Shown: positions 37,390 to 47,174 of the stretch, one piece after another
Numbering within the stretch: position 1 is the stretch's first letter
How the letters are laid out: the number at the start of each line of letters is the position of its first letter
IMG/VR virus record: IMGVR_UViG_2049941000_000201
Direction: 5' to 3' (one strand)
DNA from: an uncultured virus (IMG/VR IMGVR_UViG_2049941000_000201)
Taxonomy: Duplodnaviria; Heunggongvirae; Uroviricota; Caudoviricetes
Length of the DNA: 61,295 bases
Program-made: the position numbers and the translations under genes
Notes under the pieces: generated by a model
Database searches by the model: none
The model's input: only the letters and a program-made list of their open reading frames with translations
Told to the model about the DNA's origin: nothing

Positions 37390-38325
37390 ATGGTTGACTT
37401 TGAAGCAATATGCAAGCAACTGGACATTCCCTACTGGACAAGTGGCAAGAACAATGCGCCCGGCTGCATAACTATTCATTGCCCTTGCTGCCCGCCGGAA
37501 AGCCCCGACCCCAGCAGGCACGGCAACCTAAACCCGGAAGACGGCTCTTATGCGTGCTGGCGCTGCAAGGGTTCACACCCGGCGGTCGTTATTGCACGCG
37601 CAGGGCGTTGCAGCGTGCAGGCCGCAAGCGATTTAATTCGCAAGTACACAACTGGCGCCGCAAGAACAAAGCGCGAAGCGGTGCAAATGGCGGAAAGCAT
37701 TTCACTTCCCGGAAGCCATACGCCCCAGCAAATGCACACAAAGTATCTAGAGGGGCGCGGCTTTGATGTTGGCGAACTTGAATTTTATCACGGCATACGC
37801 TACACCGGAATGATGGAAAAGTGGAACGGCGTGGATTGGGGCTGGCGCGTCATTATACCAGTATTTGACCGCCGGAACAAACTTGTTTCGTTCCAGGGGC
37901 GTGCCATTTTCCCGCAGCAGGACCCGCGCTACCTTTTCCCGCCGAAGGAGCGCCAGGTGCGCGATTGCAAAACCCTGCTTTATGGGGCAGAACTTTGCGG
38001 CGGCGCTTCCGACCTGCTGGTGGTGGAAGGCGTGATGGACGCGTGGAAACTTGGCGCTGGCGCGGTTTGTACCTTTGGCAGCAGCGTCACAAAGGAGCAG
38101 GTGCTTGAAATGGCGTCCTGGCGCCGGGTTTTCCTTGCGTTTGACAACGAGCCCGCAGCGCAGGAGCACGCCCGCGACGTGGCAATGCAACTTTCCGCCC
38201 TGGGCGTGGATGCCTACGTGGTGAACACCGACTTTGGCTTGAACCAGGACGGCAGCGTGCGAGACGTTGGCGACCTGCCCATGGACGACGCCCGTGCGTT
38301 TAGGCGCCAGGTTTTGGGTAAATGA
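37390..38325 (+). CDS. DNA primase (Zn finger plus Toprim)
   Basis: CPCC..CWRC, YLEGRG, RVIIP, FQGR, VVEGVMD and AFDNE motifs. Confidence 0.9.
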   Translation: MVDFEAICKQLDIPYWTSGKNNAPGCITIHCPCCPPESPDPSRHGNLNPEDGSYACWRCKGSHPAVVIARAGRCSVQAASDLIRKYTTGAARTKREAVQMAESISLPGSHTPQQMHTKYLEGRGFDVGELEFYHGIRYTGMMEKWNGVDWGWRVIIPVFDRRNKLVSFQGRAIFPQQDPRYLFPPKERQVRDCKTLLYGAELCGGASDLLVVEGVMDAWKLGAGAVCTFGSSVTKEQVLEMASWRRVFLAFDNEPAAQEHARDVAMQLSALGVDAYVVNTDFGLNQDGSVRDVGDLPMDDARAFRRQVLGK

Positions 38326-38364
38326 CGCTATAATAACGCACAACCACAAAAGGAAAAACTAAAA

Positions 38365-39148
38365 ATGGAAATTAAAGGAAAGGTTCATTGCTTCTTTGAA
38401 CAAAGCGGCACATTCAAGAACGAATTTATCAAGTTGGGCATACCTGCGGAAGATTACGACATACAAAACAACTTCGGGCAAACCGACCACACCGATGACC
38501 TATTTGCCGAAATAGAAAAGGCGTGGGAAAATAAACCTAGTATTTTTGATAACATAACAAAGGACGACCTAATTGTGGCGTTCTTCCCGTGCATCAAGTT
38601 CTGCAACATTGCGGAATATAATCAACGCAGTGCCCAGGAGCATTTAAGGCGAATCGGTAAACCAATAAAGGATATATATATATCTTAAGAAGGAAAGTGA
38701 TGAAAGGTACTTTTTTTATCAAAAGTGCTTAAAACTGCATGGCATTGTGGAAATGCGCGGGCTTCGGATGATTATGGAAAACCCGTGGAATGAAACAAAT
38801 TATACAAACTATTTTTGGTTCAAAAATGTGTCCCTCATAGATAGGGATAGAACGCAGCGCGGGGATTTTTTCAAAAAGCCTACCGGATACTGGTTTACGA
38901 ACTGCGAACCTACAAATGGGTTTTCTTACCAGCAAACACCAAAGGAAAAAATTAGGAACACGGATATTGGATACTGGAAGAAAAAACCAAATTCAAAGCC
39001 TAAAAATTTGAGGGCAAAAGGTAGTTCGGAAGCAGGCTTGTGCAGCGAAGAACGCTCAATGATTAGCCCGGACTATGCAAGAAACTTTATTTGCGACTTT
39101 ATACTTGGCAAGGAGCAGGGGACGCCGAAGGAAGTGGAGTTGTGGTAA
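38365..39148 (+). pseudogene. C5-cytosine methyltransferase-like gene, frameshifted at an (AT)6 tract
   Basis: FFEQSG, FFPC, MENP and KKPT motifs lie in two frames joined at 38672-38683; low GC. Confidence 0.7.
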
Positions 39149-39206
39149 ATAAACACAACTTGCTATAATGTGTTAAACCTAAAAACAACCAAAAGGAAAA
39201 ACAAAA

Positions 39207-40331
39207 ATGATTCAAACCGAAAAAACGAAAATGGTGGACGCCATGCGTGCAGTTATGCCGGGCGTTGAAAAGGGAACGAGCGGCATTGAAGGCGCAAACC
39301 TTTTCCTCTTCAAGGACAACCGAATTTTCACCTACAACGGCGTGACTTCCGTTAGCGTGCCCTTTGACATGGGCGGCGCCAAGTTCGGCGTGAAGGCTGC
39401 GGACCTTTTTGCGTTTGTTAGCAAGTTGAACGACCTGCTGGTGAACGTGGAACTTGTTATGGACAAGGAAAACCCGGAGCGCGTGAAATCCGTCAAGGTG
39501 ACCAGCGGCAAGGCGAAGGCAAACTTTGCGCTTGCGGACACGACTGAAATTGAAAAGTACCTGGAAGGCATTGCGTTTGAAGAAGGCAAGCCGTGCCCGG
39601 AAAACTTTGCGGAAGCCTTTGCGCTTACCATTATCAAAAACAACATTCACGCCGAAATGAAGGGCGTTGTGACCACCAAAATCGGCGACAAGACCTTCCT
39701 TGCCGCAAGCGACAAGCGCCGAATTTCCGTGCATGAACTGAACGGCGAAATGGAAGAATTTAAGGTGGACGATGATGTGCTTGCGGATGCCTTGAAGTTG
39801 GGCAACCCCAAAACATACGCCGTCGTCGGACCCTGGCTTCACCTGGGCTTTGATGGGAACGTGACCTTTAGTTGCATTCGCCAGGACATTTCCCAGTTCA
39901 ACGCCCCGGCAATGTTGCAGGCGATGGACAGGCTTTACACCATTGCCCCGGCGGTGGAAGGCAAGTTGCCCAAGGAGCTGCCGGAAGCCATTGCCCGCGT
40001 TTCCGCACTTGCCGACGTTGCCAACGCGAACACGGGCTTGACCGCACGCCTTACGTTCACGGCGGAGGGAATTACCGCCTACACCGAAAAGCAGGGCAGC
40101 GGCAACGCCGAAGAACTGGTGCCGTGGGACGCCGAGGTGAAGTTTGGCGAACCGGGCGCCGAGGTGCAGGCCTGGGTTTCCATTAACATTTTGCTGGAAG
40201 CCGGAAACAAGGTGACGGACTTTAAGGTGGTTTGCACCAACCCGCAGCGCAAATCCTACGCCTTCCTTTTCACTGGCGAAAACTACAAGGCGCTGGTGGG
40301 CGGCATTACCTTGAAGGACGAGCAGAAGTAG
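39207..40331 (+). CDS. Sliding clamp (Pol III beta-like)
   Basis: 374 aa; FTYNG, AASDKRRI and FNAP patterns; upstream of the polymerase; clamp loader present in the genome. Confidence 0.65.
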   Translation: MIQTEKTKMVDAMRAVMPGVEKGTSGIEGANLFLFKDNRIFTYNGVTSVSVPFDMGGAKFGVKAADLFAFVSKLNDLLVNVELVMDKENPERVKSVKVTSGKAKANFALADTTEIEKYLEGIAFEEGKPCPENFAEAFALTIIKNNIHAEMKGVVTTKIGDKTFLAASDKRRISVHELNGEMEEFKVDDDVLADALKLGNPKTYAVVGPWLHLGFDGNVTFSCIRQDISQFNAPAMLQAMDRLYTIAPAVEGKLPKELPEAIARVSALADVANANTGLTARLTFTAEGITAYTEKQGSGNAEELVPWDAEVKFGEPGAEVQAWVSINILLEAGNKVTDFKVVCTNPQRKSYAFLFTGENYKALVGGITLKDEQK

Positions 40332-40410
40332 GGCTTTCCTGGTTGCCATAGGAGAAGGGGCGGTTTTGCTATAATACGGCAAAGCCGCCTTTTTACTTGG
40401 AGAATTTTTA

Positions 40411-42404
40411 ATGGTGGACACAAAAAAGCGAATAACGTTTGACATTGAAACATACAACGCCGCCTTCATTGTGACGGCGCTTATTAACGGCAGCGAGTGG
40501 CAGGAATACGTTGTTTGCCCCAGCGTGCAGGGCTACCCGCAGCAAGTGGACTGTTCGGTGGTGCGCGGAGGCGTNNNNNNNNNNNNNNNNNNNNNNNNNN
40601 NNNNNNNNNNNNNNNNNNNNNNNNNNNNNNNNNNNNNNNNNNNNNNNNNNNNNNNNNNNNNNNNNNNNNNNNNNNNNNNNNNNNNNNCAAAAGTTTTGAC
40701 CTTCGCGTGCTTTCGTGGATTGCGAACTGCGGAAAGGAAACGCTTACAACCGAAGAAATTGCGCAGGCCGCTGGCAAACTTATTTCCGACCTAAACGCAA
40801 AGTTCGGCCACCCCAAAACGTCACCCTGCTGGGACGTAAAGTATTCCGAAATTGCAAGGGTGCGCAGGCAGCACTTTGACGTTTTGAAGTGCTACACCAT
40901 AGAACATTCCCTTAAGTGGTGGGAAATGCGGCGCGGCTGGGCAATTAAGGAAACCAGCGTGCCGTGGGACAAGCCCACGCTCACGGAAAAGGAATTGCTG
41001 GACTGCCGCCGCTATTGCAGGCATGACGTTTATTGCACCGACCGCCTTTACATGGAAAAGGATTGCCAGGAGCACATTGAAGCCCGCCAGTGGGTAATTG
41101 ATAACGCCGACTGCGAAATTTTCCCGGACGTGCCGAACGCGGAACTTGCGGAACTTTATTGCTACGGGGACGGCGAAACCGCCGACGAAATTGAAACCTG
41201 CTTTGACCTGGTGCCGTGGGACACGTTTAAGGTTCCCGAAGATTTTTTGTACAAAATGATGCAAATTGCACGCCACGAAATTGAAAGTTTTGAGTGGCGC
41301 GGCATTACCTACGGGGCGGGCGGTGCGCACTATGCAAAGCCGGGGCGCCACAAGGGCGTGAAAATTTTTGACGTTGCTTCGCTTTACCCTCATATTATTT
41401 GGTTTATTACAAAGTTAAAAACGCCGCAGGCGCTGGAGCGATATGTTGGCTGCATTTTGAAGCGCCTGGAAAACAAGCGCAAGAAGGGGACGCCGGAATA
41501 TAGCAAGAGCGCGGACAAGGGCTTGAAACTGGTGCTTAATAGTTTGTCCGGAAAGTTTGGGCAAAAGGGCTCCAAGGCATACGCGCCGGAACACCGCCTT
41601 GCAATGTGCATTATTGGGCAAACCCTAATCACGGAAGCGGCCTGCGCCGCCTGCGGGGACAACTTTGAAAACCTAATTGAAATTAACACCGATTCCTTCG
41701 CGGTGCTGGGCGAAAAGGAAATTGAACGAGCCCGCGCATACTGCGACACAAAGCCGCACGGCTTCACCTTTGAAGAAGACGACTTTGCGGATAGTTATTG
41801 GAAGGATGTAAACAATTACTTTGTTTACAAGTTTGGCGAAGGTGGCCTGTCGCTTAAGGAAGCGCACGGCAAGGTCGGCACCAACCTGGACGAAGACCAC
41901 TCCGAAACCATTGTGACCGAAAGCCTGGCGCTGGCGGTGCGCATGGAAGTGGGTGCGGAGTTGGCGCTGGCGGAAATTAAAAACCCGGCGCCAGCCCTGC
42001 GCGTGGAAAACTGCGTGGTCAAGTATTCCAAGGCGGTGTCCGCAGTGAATGCCGCAATAGGCGGCAAGCCGCTGGACTGCAAATACTATTATTTCCTTTG
42101 GACTACACCGGAATGCCCCAATTCCTGCCGCGTGCAGTTTTCCGGCGAAAAAATTGACAAGTACGGAACGGTCGCGGTGCGTCATGGGGTTTATGGCTTT
42201 AGCCTGGAAGAATTGCGAAAGTACGAACAATATATTGACCCGGAGCAGTACCTGGAAGACCTTAAAAAGCAACTTGCAGTGTGGGGGCGCAAGGATTTGT
42301 TCACCCCCGTAAAGGCGCGGAACGTGCCGGAACACTGCACAACGTTCCACGAGGTGCGGCAGGTCGCTGGCGGCTTTTTTGACATGCCCGATGATTTGTT
42401 TTAA
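40411..42404 (+). CDS. Family B DNA polymerase (spans N gap)
   Basis: FDIET, YCRHDV, DVASLYP, KLVLNSLSGKFG, NTDS and KDVNNY motifs. Confidence 0.9.
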
Positions 42405-42410
42405 CGTTCA

Positions 42411-42435
42411 AGCCCGGCACATTTGCCGGGTTTTT
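42411..42435 (+). terminator. Intrinsic terminator
   Basis: GCCCGGCA-catt-TGCCGGGT followed by a T run. Confidence 0.7.
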
Positions 42436-42436
42436 G

Positions 42437-42540
42437 TGTAAACAAAATTTTTACATAAAAATTTAAAAAAATCGCTTGCATATCTAGCAAATAAATGCTA
42501 TATTAAGGTCATAAGCAATTAACAATTAACCACAAGGAGC
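42437..42540 (+). promoter_or_regulatory. Early promoter repeat, copy B
   Basis: TTGCAT (42476)-17bp-TATATT (42499); near-identical to copies A, C and D. Confidence 0.85.
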
Positions 42541-42545
42541 CAACC

Positions 42546-42833
42546 ATGAGCACACCCTGCATCATTACCCGCAAAGAAAACCCCACCATCGCAGTTTACA
42601 TTCACTGGGACGGCTACGATAAGCAGATGGTTCAAGACATTGTAAACATTGCGAAGAAAAACAACGCCCGCAACCCGAACAACGACGAAGCCTACGGAAT
42701 AGCCCGCCTGGTTTGCGCCTGCCAGGAGTATTTCCAGGACCAAACCACGGGCTTCGGTGTGGGCACGCCGAGCAGTTTTTACTATGACTTTCACTGGGTT
42801 GTAGACGAAGACTGGAACGTTAGGGAAGCCTAA
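42546..42833 (+). CDS. Conserved early phage protein
   Basis: AVYIHWDGY motif. Confidence 0.7.
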   Translation: MSTPCIITRKENPTIAVYIHWDGYDKQMVQDIVNIAKKNNARNPNNDEAYGIARLVCACQEYFQDQTTGFGVGTPSSFYYDFHWVVDEDWNVREA

Positions 42834-42834
42834 A

Positions 42835-42901
42835 CCTGCCGAAACGCCCTGCCGGGCGTCCGCAGCCGGGTGGCACCCGCTGCGCCGATGATGGCAAGCC
42901 A
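42835..42901 (+). ncRNA. Type II hammerhead ribozyme
   Basis: UGCC-GAAA-[CGCCC/GGGCG]-UC^-[CGCAGC/GCUGCG]-CCGAUGA-U-GGCA; loop I UGGC pairs with 3' GCCA. Confidence 0.75.
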
Positions 42902-42930
42902 AGAATTAACAATTAGCAAGGAGCAAGACC

Positions 42931-43284
42931 ATGGCAATGAAAATCGTTTCGCAGCAGACCAAGAAGTTCACCATTAACGGGAAGGAAGTTGAGTGCGTTG
43001 TGACCCGCCGCGAGGGCAAGGTGCGCAGGCGCGACGGGTGGCGCCAGTGCGTTTCCACCGAAGGCCATTGCAGCCTTTACGAAAATTGCTACTGGTTCCC
43101 GGAAAACACCGATGGAAACGAAACCGCCGCCTTTAGTTGCGACGGGTGGGAACCGCGTGAGCCGGAATTTGCGGACGTGGATGCGGTTGTGACCGCCATG
43201 GTTCGCGAAATGAAGGGCTGGGGCGATGCTGGCGAAGCCGACCGGGAAATTGAACGCATTGCAAAGGAGGCTCAAAATGCTTAA
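42931..43284 (+). CDS. Hypothetical protein
   Basis: Leader repeat and AAGGAG RBS. Confidence 0.65.
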   Translation: MAMKIVSQQTKKFTINGKEVECVVTRREGKVRRRDGWRQCVSTEGHCSLYENCYWFPENTDGNETAAFSCDGWEPREPEFADVDAVVTAMVREMKGWGDAGEADREIERIAKEAQNA

Positions 43285-43438
43285 TTTCAACGAATACATC
43301 CCGGCAGGTGGCTGGGTTAGGTTTAACAAGCGCAGGGCGTTCAAGCGCCGCGTTTTCCGCGTGGCTTGCAGCGCACTGGGCTGCGCCGTGCTGCTTGGCT
43401 TTTACGCCCTTGTGGGCTATGTTGAAAGGGGGATTTAG
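43277..43438 (+). CDS. Small membrane protein
   Basis: AAGGAGG RBS; basic stretch followed by a hydrophobic helix. Confidence 0.55.
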   Translation: MLNFNEYIPAGGWVRFNKRRAFKRRVFRVACSALGCAVLLGFYALVGYVERGI

Positions 43439-43439
43439 C

Positions 43440-43607
43440 GTGACGAACCTGGACCATTTTAAGCGCGGCATTACCGCCGAAAACCTTTGTGATAAAATTA
43501 TGTGCAGCGAGTGCCCGTTTTTCGGCACCCGTGGGAACGCCCCTTGCACCGCCAGGCTTGCGGAATGGGCGCGGCAGGAATACAAGCCAGCAAAAAGGGA
43601 GGCATAG
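43440..43607 (+). CDS. Small Cys-rich protein
   Basis: MTNLDHFK..CSECPF..C. Confidence 0.55.
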   Translation: MTNLDHFKRGITAENLCDKIMCSECPFFGTRGNAPCTARLAEWARQEYKPAKREA

Positions 43608-43608
43608 C

Positions 43609-43842
43609 ATGGCAACCAAAACGCAGAAGGAACTGATTAGGGAATACCTGGAACGCGGCAATTCCCTCACGCCGATGGATGCCCTGGAATTGTTCGGGTG
43701 CTTTAGGCTTGCCACCCGCATCTTTGAACTCAAGCGGGAAGGGCTGGACATTGTGACGGACATGGTGGAAAACAAGGCCACGGGCAAGCGATACGCCAGT
43801 TATCGCCTCGTGCCCGCCCCGGTGTGCAGTGACCCGCTTTGA
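43609..43842 (+). CDS. Helix-turn-helix protein (HTH_39-like)
   Basis: TQ..LI..YL..G.SLTPMDAL..FGCFRLATRI.EL...G..I..RYASYRL. Confidence 0.8.
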   Translation: MATKTQKELIREYLERGNSLTPMDALELFGCFRLATRIFELKREGLDIVTDMVENKATGKRYASYRLVPAPVCSDPL

Positions 43843-43929
43843 CAACGGAAAGCGCGAACTTTACATTGTGCCCGTTGCTGGAAAGGGCTCCCCGGTTAGC
43901 GTTTCCCTTCCTTCCGTGAGGGGCTAACC

Positions 43930-44076
43930 ATGAAGCCAGTTTGCCGCAACCGCTTGACTATTGACTACACCGCCCGCGACGCCATTGAAGACCTTGAACT
44001 GGCAATTCGCAAGGCTGAACTGCAACGGAACAAGGAACCAGCCCGCAACGGCTTCCGCATTTGGAGGAAATGGTAA
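43930..44076 (+). CDS. Small protein (48 aa) coupled to the sigma-like gene
   Basis: MKPVCRNRLTIDY..; TAATG overlap. Confidence 0.5.
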   Translation: MKPVCRNRLTIDYTARDAIEDLELAIRKAELQRNKEPARNGFRIWRKW

Positions 44077-44792
44077 TGGAACACAAACTTGAAGCCACAA
44101 ACGAACTTTACTTGCAGTGCCGTGGCACCATTGAAAAGGCCTGCTGGGACGCCTGGCGCAAAAACCCGCTTTTGGAACTTGACGATTACCGCAGTTATGC
44201 AAATGAGGTTTTCATGGACGCGGTGAACTCCTTTGACCCGAATGCCGGGGTCAAGTTCAATTCCTGGCTCACCACGCAACTCCTGCGCCTTAAGCCATAC
44301 GCGAACCGGGGCGGCGTTATGACCACCGACAGCCGTGGCACCGCCGAAAGCCTGGTTTTAAGCCTTGACGCGGCTGCAAGTGTGGACGGCAAGCCCTGCA
44401 CCCTGCTGGACAAGAAGCAGCCCGCAAATGACGCCTATTCCGCCGAACTGGGGCTTCCCGCATGGGCGACCAGTTGGGAACACCGCATGGCGAACTTGAA
44501 GCCGTACATGGGCGCCTTAAGCCCGGACGCCCGCACCATGGTGGACGACATTTTGGACGGCAACGCGGCGAAGAAGGACGAACACGGCGTGCCCAAACTT
44601 GAACACGGGCGCCGCCTTTACGTGAAACTTACCCCGCGCCAGTTGTATGTTAGGCTTTACCGCCGCAGGGGGTGGAACTTTGAGCGCGTGCGTGACGCCC
44701 GCATTGAAGTGGAAAATATGCTTCGCAGGTGGGAGCCCTGCAAGTTGCCCGAGCCCGGCGAACTTGTGCAGGTGCAGGAAGAACTTTTTTAG
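44076..44792 (+). CDS. Sigma-70-like transcription factor
   Basis: Region 2-like DD....NEVFMDAVNSFDPNAGVKFNSW; region 4-like LSPDAR...GWNFERVR. Confidence 0.7.
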   Translation: MEHKLEATNELYLQCRGTIEKACWDAWRKNPLLELDDYRSYANEVFMDAVNSFDPNAGVKFNSWLTTQLLRLKPYANRGGVMTTDSRGTAESLVLSLDAAASVDGKPCTLLDKKQPANDAYSAELGLPAWATSWEHRMANLKPYMGALSPDARTMVDDILDGNAAKKDEHGVPKLEHGRRLYVKLTPRQLYVRLYRRRGWNFERVRDARIEVENMLRRWEPCKLPEPGELVQVQEELF

Positions 44793-44811
44793 TTTTTTGC
44801 TATAATATGCC

Positions 44812-45150
44812 ATGGAACGAAAAATGCAGTTTTACCGAACAACCTGCTCCTTTGACGCGCATGGCGGAAGAACCCATGTGGAAGGGCGCCTGCACGTTGA
44901 ACTTGCGGACAGCCCCGAGGATGCAACCGCCAAGTCAATCGCCTACCTGGAATCGTGCCATTATACGAACGTGAAGGTTCACGAATGCCACCCGGAAAGC
45001 GATGCGGAAAAGTACACCAAGGCGCGGGCAATTTGGAACGCGCCGGAAGGCCTTAAGGGAGCAGCCGACCGGGTTGCCGCAAAGGCCGAACAAAAGCCGG
45101 AACCGCAGCCCCAGGTGCCTGCCGGGGAATATAGCGACGATTTGTTTTAA
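44812..45150 (+). CDS. Hypothetical protein ending YSDDLF
   Basis: TGCTATAAT lies 5 nt upstream of the ATG. Confidence 0.6.
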   Translation: MERKMQFYRTTCSFDAHGGRTHVEGRLHVELADSPEDATAKSIAYLESCHYTNVKVHECHPESDAEKYTKARAIWNAPEGLKGAADRVAAKAEQKPEPQPQVPAGEYSDDLF

Positions 45151-45163
45151 CGGAGTTTTTGGA

Positions 45164-45337
45164 ATGATAAAGTTTAGTTTTGGACCCAACGGCGAATTTT
45201 TCATGGAAAGCAGCGAAGCCCTTTCCGCCGAAGCGGTGGACCTTGCGGAGTTGCTTTACAAGCGCATAATGAACGCCCGCAGCGAATGCGACATTATACA
45301 TGACGCCAGGCGCGGAATGTACGGGGACGAAGACTGA
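45164..45337 (+). CDS. Small hypothetical protein
   Basis: GGAG RBS; coupled to the helicase gene. Confidence 0.5.
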   Translation: MIKFSFGPNGEFFMESSEALSAEAVDLAELLYKRIMNARSECDIIHDARRGMYGDED

Positions 45338-46761
45338 TGGCCGGGGAAGTGGAGCGCGTTGACGTAAGCGTGGAAGGCCGCATTTTGGGCAACCTAATCA
45401 CCTCCGGGGAACTGCTCGGCAAGGTGCGCCCAATAGTTGACCCGACACTTTTTGAAAGCCCGGTGAGCCGCATTGTGGCGCAGTGGGTGCTTGACTACTT
45501 TGACCGTCTGCATGAAGCGCCGGGCAAGGCAATCACGGACGTGTACATTGCCAGGCGCGAAGAACTGAACGAGGCGGACGCCGGGCTTGTGAAGGCCTTT
45601 TTGAAAAACTGCTCCGCAACCTGGAAGCCGACGAACGTGGCATTTGCCGAAGGCATGGCGACCAGGTTTTTCCAGGGGCGTTCCCTGGACCGCTTGATTG
45701 AAAACCTAAAAACAAAGGCCGGAGGCGGGAACATTGAAGGCGCCCAGCGGCTCATCGCGGAATACGTGAAGCCGGAACTGGTGCATTCCCGTTCCATTGA
45801 CCTGCTGCGCGGCGGCAGCGCTTCCGTGTCCGCAATCCAGCACGCATTCCAAAACGAGGACGAAGAACTTTTTGCACTGCGCGGCGGAATGAACAAACTT
45901 GTGGGCGGACCCTTGTGCCGTGGCGAACTGGTGGCTTTCCTTGCGCCGCCCAAAAGCGGGAAAACCTGGTGGATGATTGATACCGCCATTGCGGCAATGA
46001 CGCGCGGGCAAAGGGTGCTTTTTGTTAGCCTGGAAATGACGGAAGACCAGGTTGTGCGCAGGTTTTGGCAAAACCTTTCCGCCCGCAGCCGCTTCGGGGA
46101 AAAGGCGCCCGGCAGCGCGTTCCAGCAGAACGGGAACAAGTGGGACCTGGTGGAAGGGGAACGCAGCACCGCCCGCGTGGAACTTGACGGCGCCAGCATT
46201 GAGGCGGTTCAAAAAACGTACCTGCAAACCGGGGACGGCGATTTGAAAATTCGCTGCTACCCGCCGCGCACCCTTACGCTTCAAAAGTTGCGCAGCGAGT
46301 TGAAGGTGCTGGAAGTTTTTGAAAACTTTGTGCCGGACGTGATTGTGCTGGACTACGGCGATATTATGGCGTTGCCGCCCGGCAGGGAACGCCGCCTGCA
46401 ACTGGACGAACTTTGGCTGGGCTTGCGAAACATTACCCTGGAAATGAACAACTTAATTGTCACGGCAAGCCAAACCAACCGCGAAACCATTGGGGGCAAG
46501 CGCGACGCAGACGAAACGAACACGGCGGAATGCGCCAGCAAGGTGAACCACGTGACGCGCATGATAACAATTAACCGCAGCCCCAGGGACAAGAAACTGG
46601 GCATTTACCGAATGTCCTGCCAAACTATGCGCGACGGCCGAGAGTGCTTTGAAAGCCTTGTGGTGGTGAATTGCCTGGAAATAGGGCGCCCGTGGATGGA
46701 CGACCGCTTCATGGACGAGGTGAATTTCCCGCGTGAACACGGCGAAGAAGACGAAAACTAG
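45337..46761 (+). CDS. dnaB: DnaB-like replicative helicase
   Basis: APPKSGKT, FVSLEM, VLDYGD and TASQ.NR motifs. Confidence 0.9.
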   Translation: MAGEVERVDVSVEGRILGNLITSGELLGKVRPIVDPTLFESPVSRIVAQWVLDYFDRLHEAPGKAITDVYIARREELNEADAGLVKAFLKNCSATWKPTNVAFAEGMATRFFQGRSLDRLIENLKTKAGGGNIEGAQRLIAEYVKPELVHSRSIDLLRGGSASVSAIQHAFQNEDEELFALRGGMNKLVGGPLCRGELVAFLAPPKSGKTWWMIDTAIAAMTRGQRVLFVSLEMTEDQVVRRFWQNLSARSRFGEKAPGSAFQQNGNKWDLVEGERSTARVELDGASIEAVQKTYLQTGDGDLKIRCYPPRTLTLQKLRSELKVLEVFENFVPDVIVLDYGDIMALPPGRERRLQLDELWLGLRNITLEMNNLIVTASQTNRETIGGKRDADETNTAECASKVNHVTRMITINRSPRDKKLGIYRMSCQTMRDGRECFESLVVVNCLEIGRPWMDDRFMDEVNFPREHGEEDEN

Positions 46762-46774
46762 CAAGGAGTGTAAA

Positions 46775-47170
46775 ATGGATTTAGAAGAAATTAAGCGCGG
46801 CCTTCGCGCCGAAATTAAGAAAAGGGAAAATGAGCAGTATGCTACATTCCAGTGCAATGTTCGGCAGATGTGCAAGGATGTGCTTGCCAAACTTGAAGAG
46901 CAGGAATCGGTGATTGCGGAACTGAAAGCCGATTATAAGGAAGCCTGCGGACGCTTGCAAACTGCAAACCTCATCAAGGATGAACAACTTGCAGCAACTC
47001 GCCACTCCAAATATAAGCGGTGTCTTAACAAGGCCGAATGGTGCGAAGAACGAAGTGCGCGATATGATGCCTTGCAGGAACGAACGGGTTTTGATTGGAG
47101 TAGGGAAATTGGCTTTTATTTTAACTGGTGCCAGCGTTGGCTGGACCTTGCAAAGAAATTCAAGGAGTAA
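46775..47170 (+). CDS. Hypothetical coiled-coil protein
   Basis: AAGGAG RBS; lower GC. Confidence 0.65.
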   Translation: MDLEEIKRGLRAEIKKRENEQYATFQCNVRQMCKDVLAKLEEQESVIAELKADYKEACGRLQTANLIKDEQLAATRHSKYKRCLNKAEWCEERSARYDALQERTGFDWSREIGFYFNWCQRWLDLAKKFKE

Positions 47171-47174
47171 TGCA

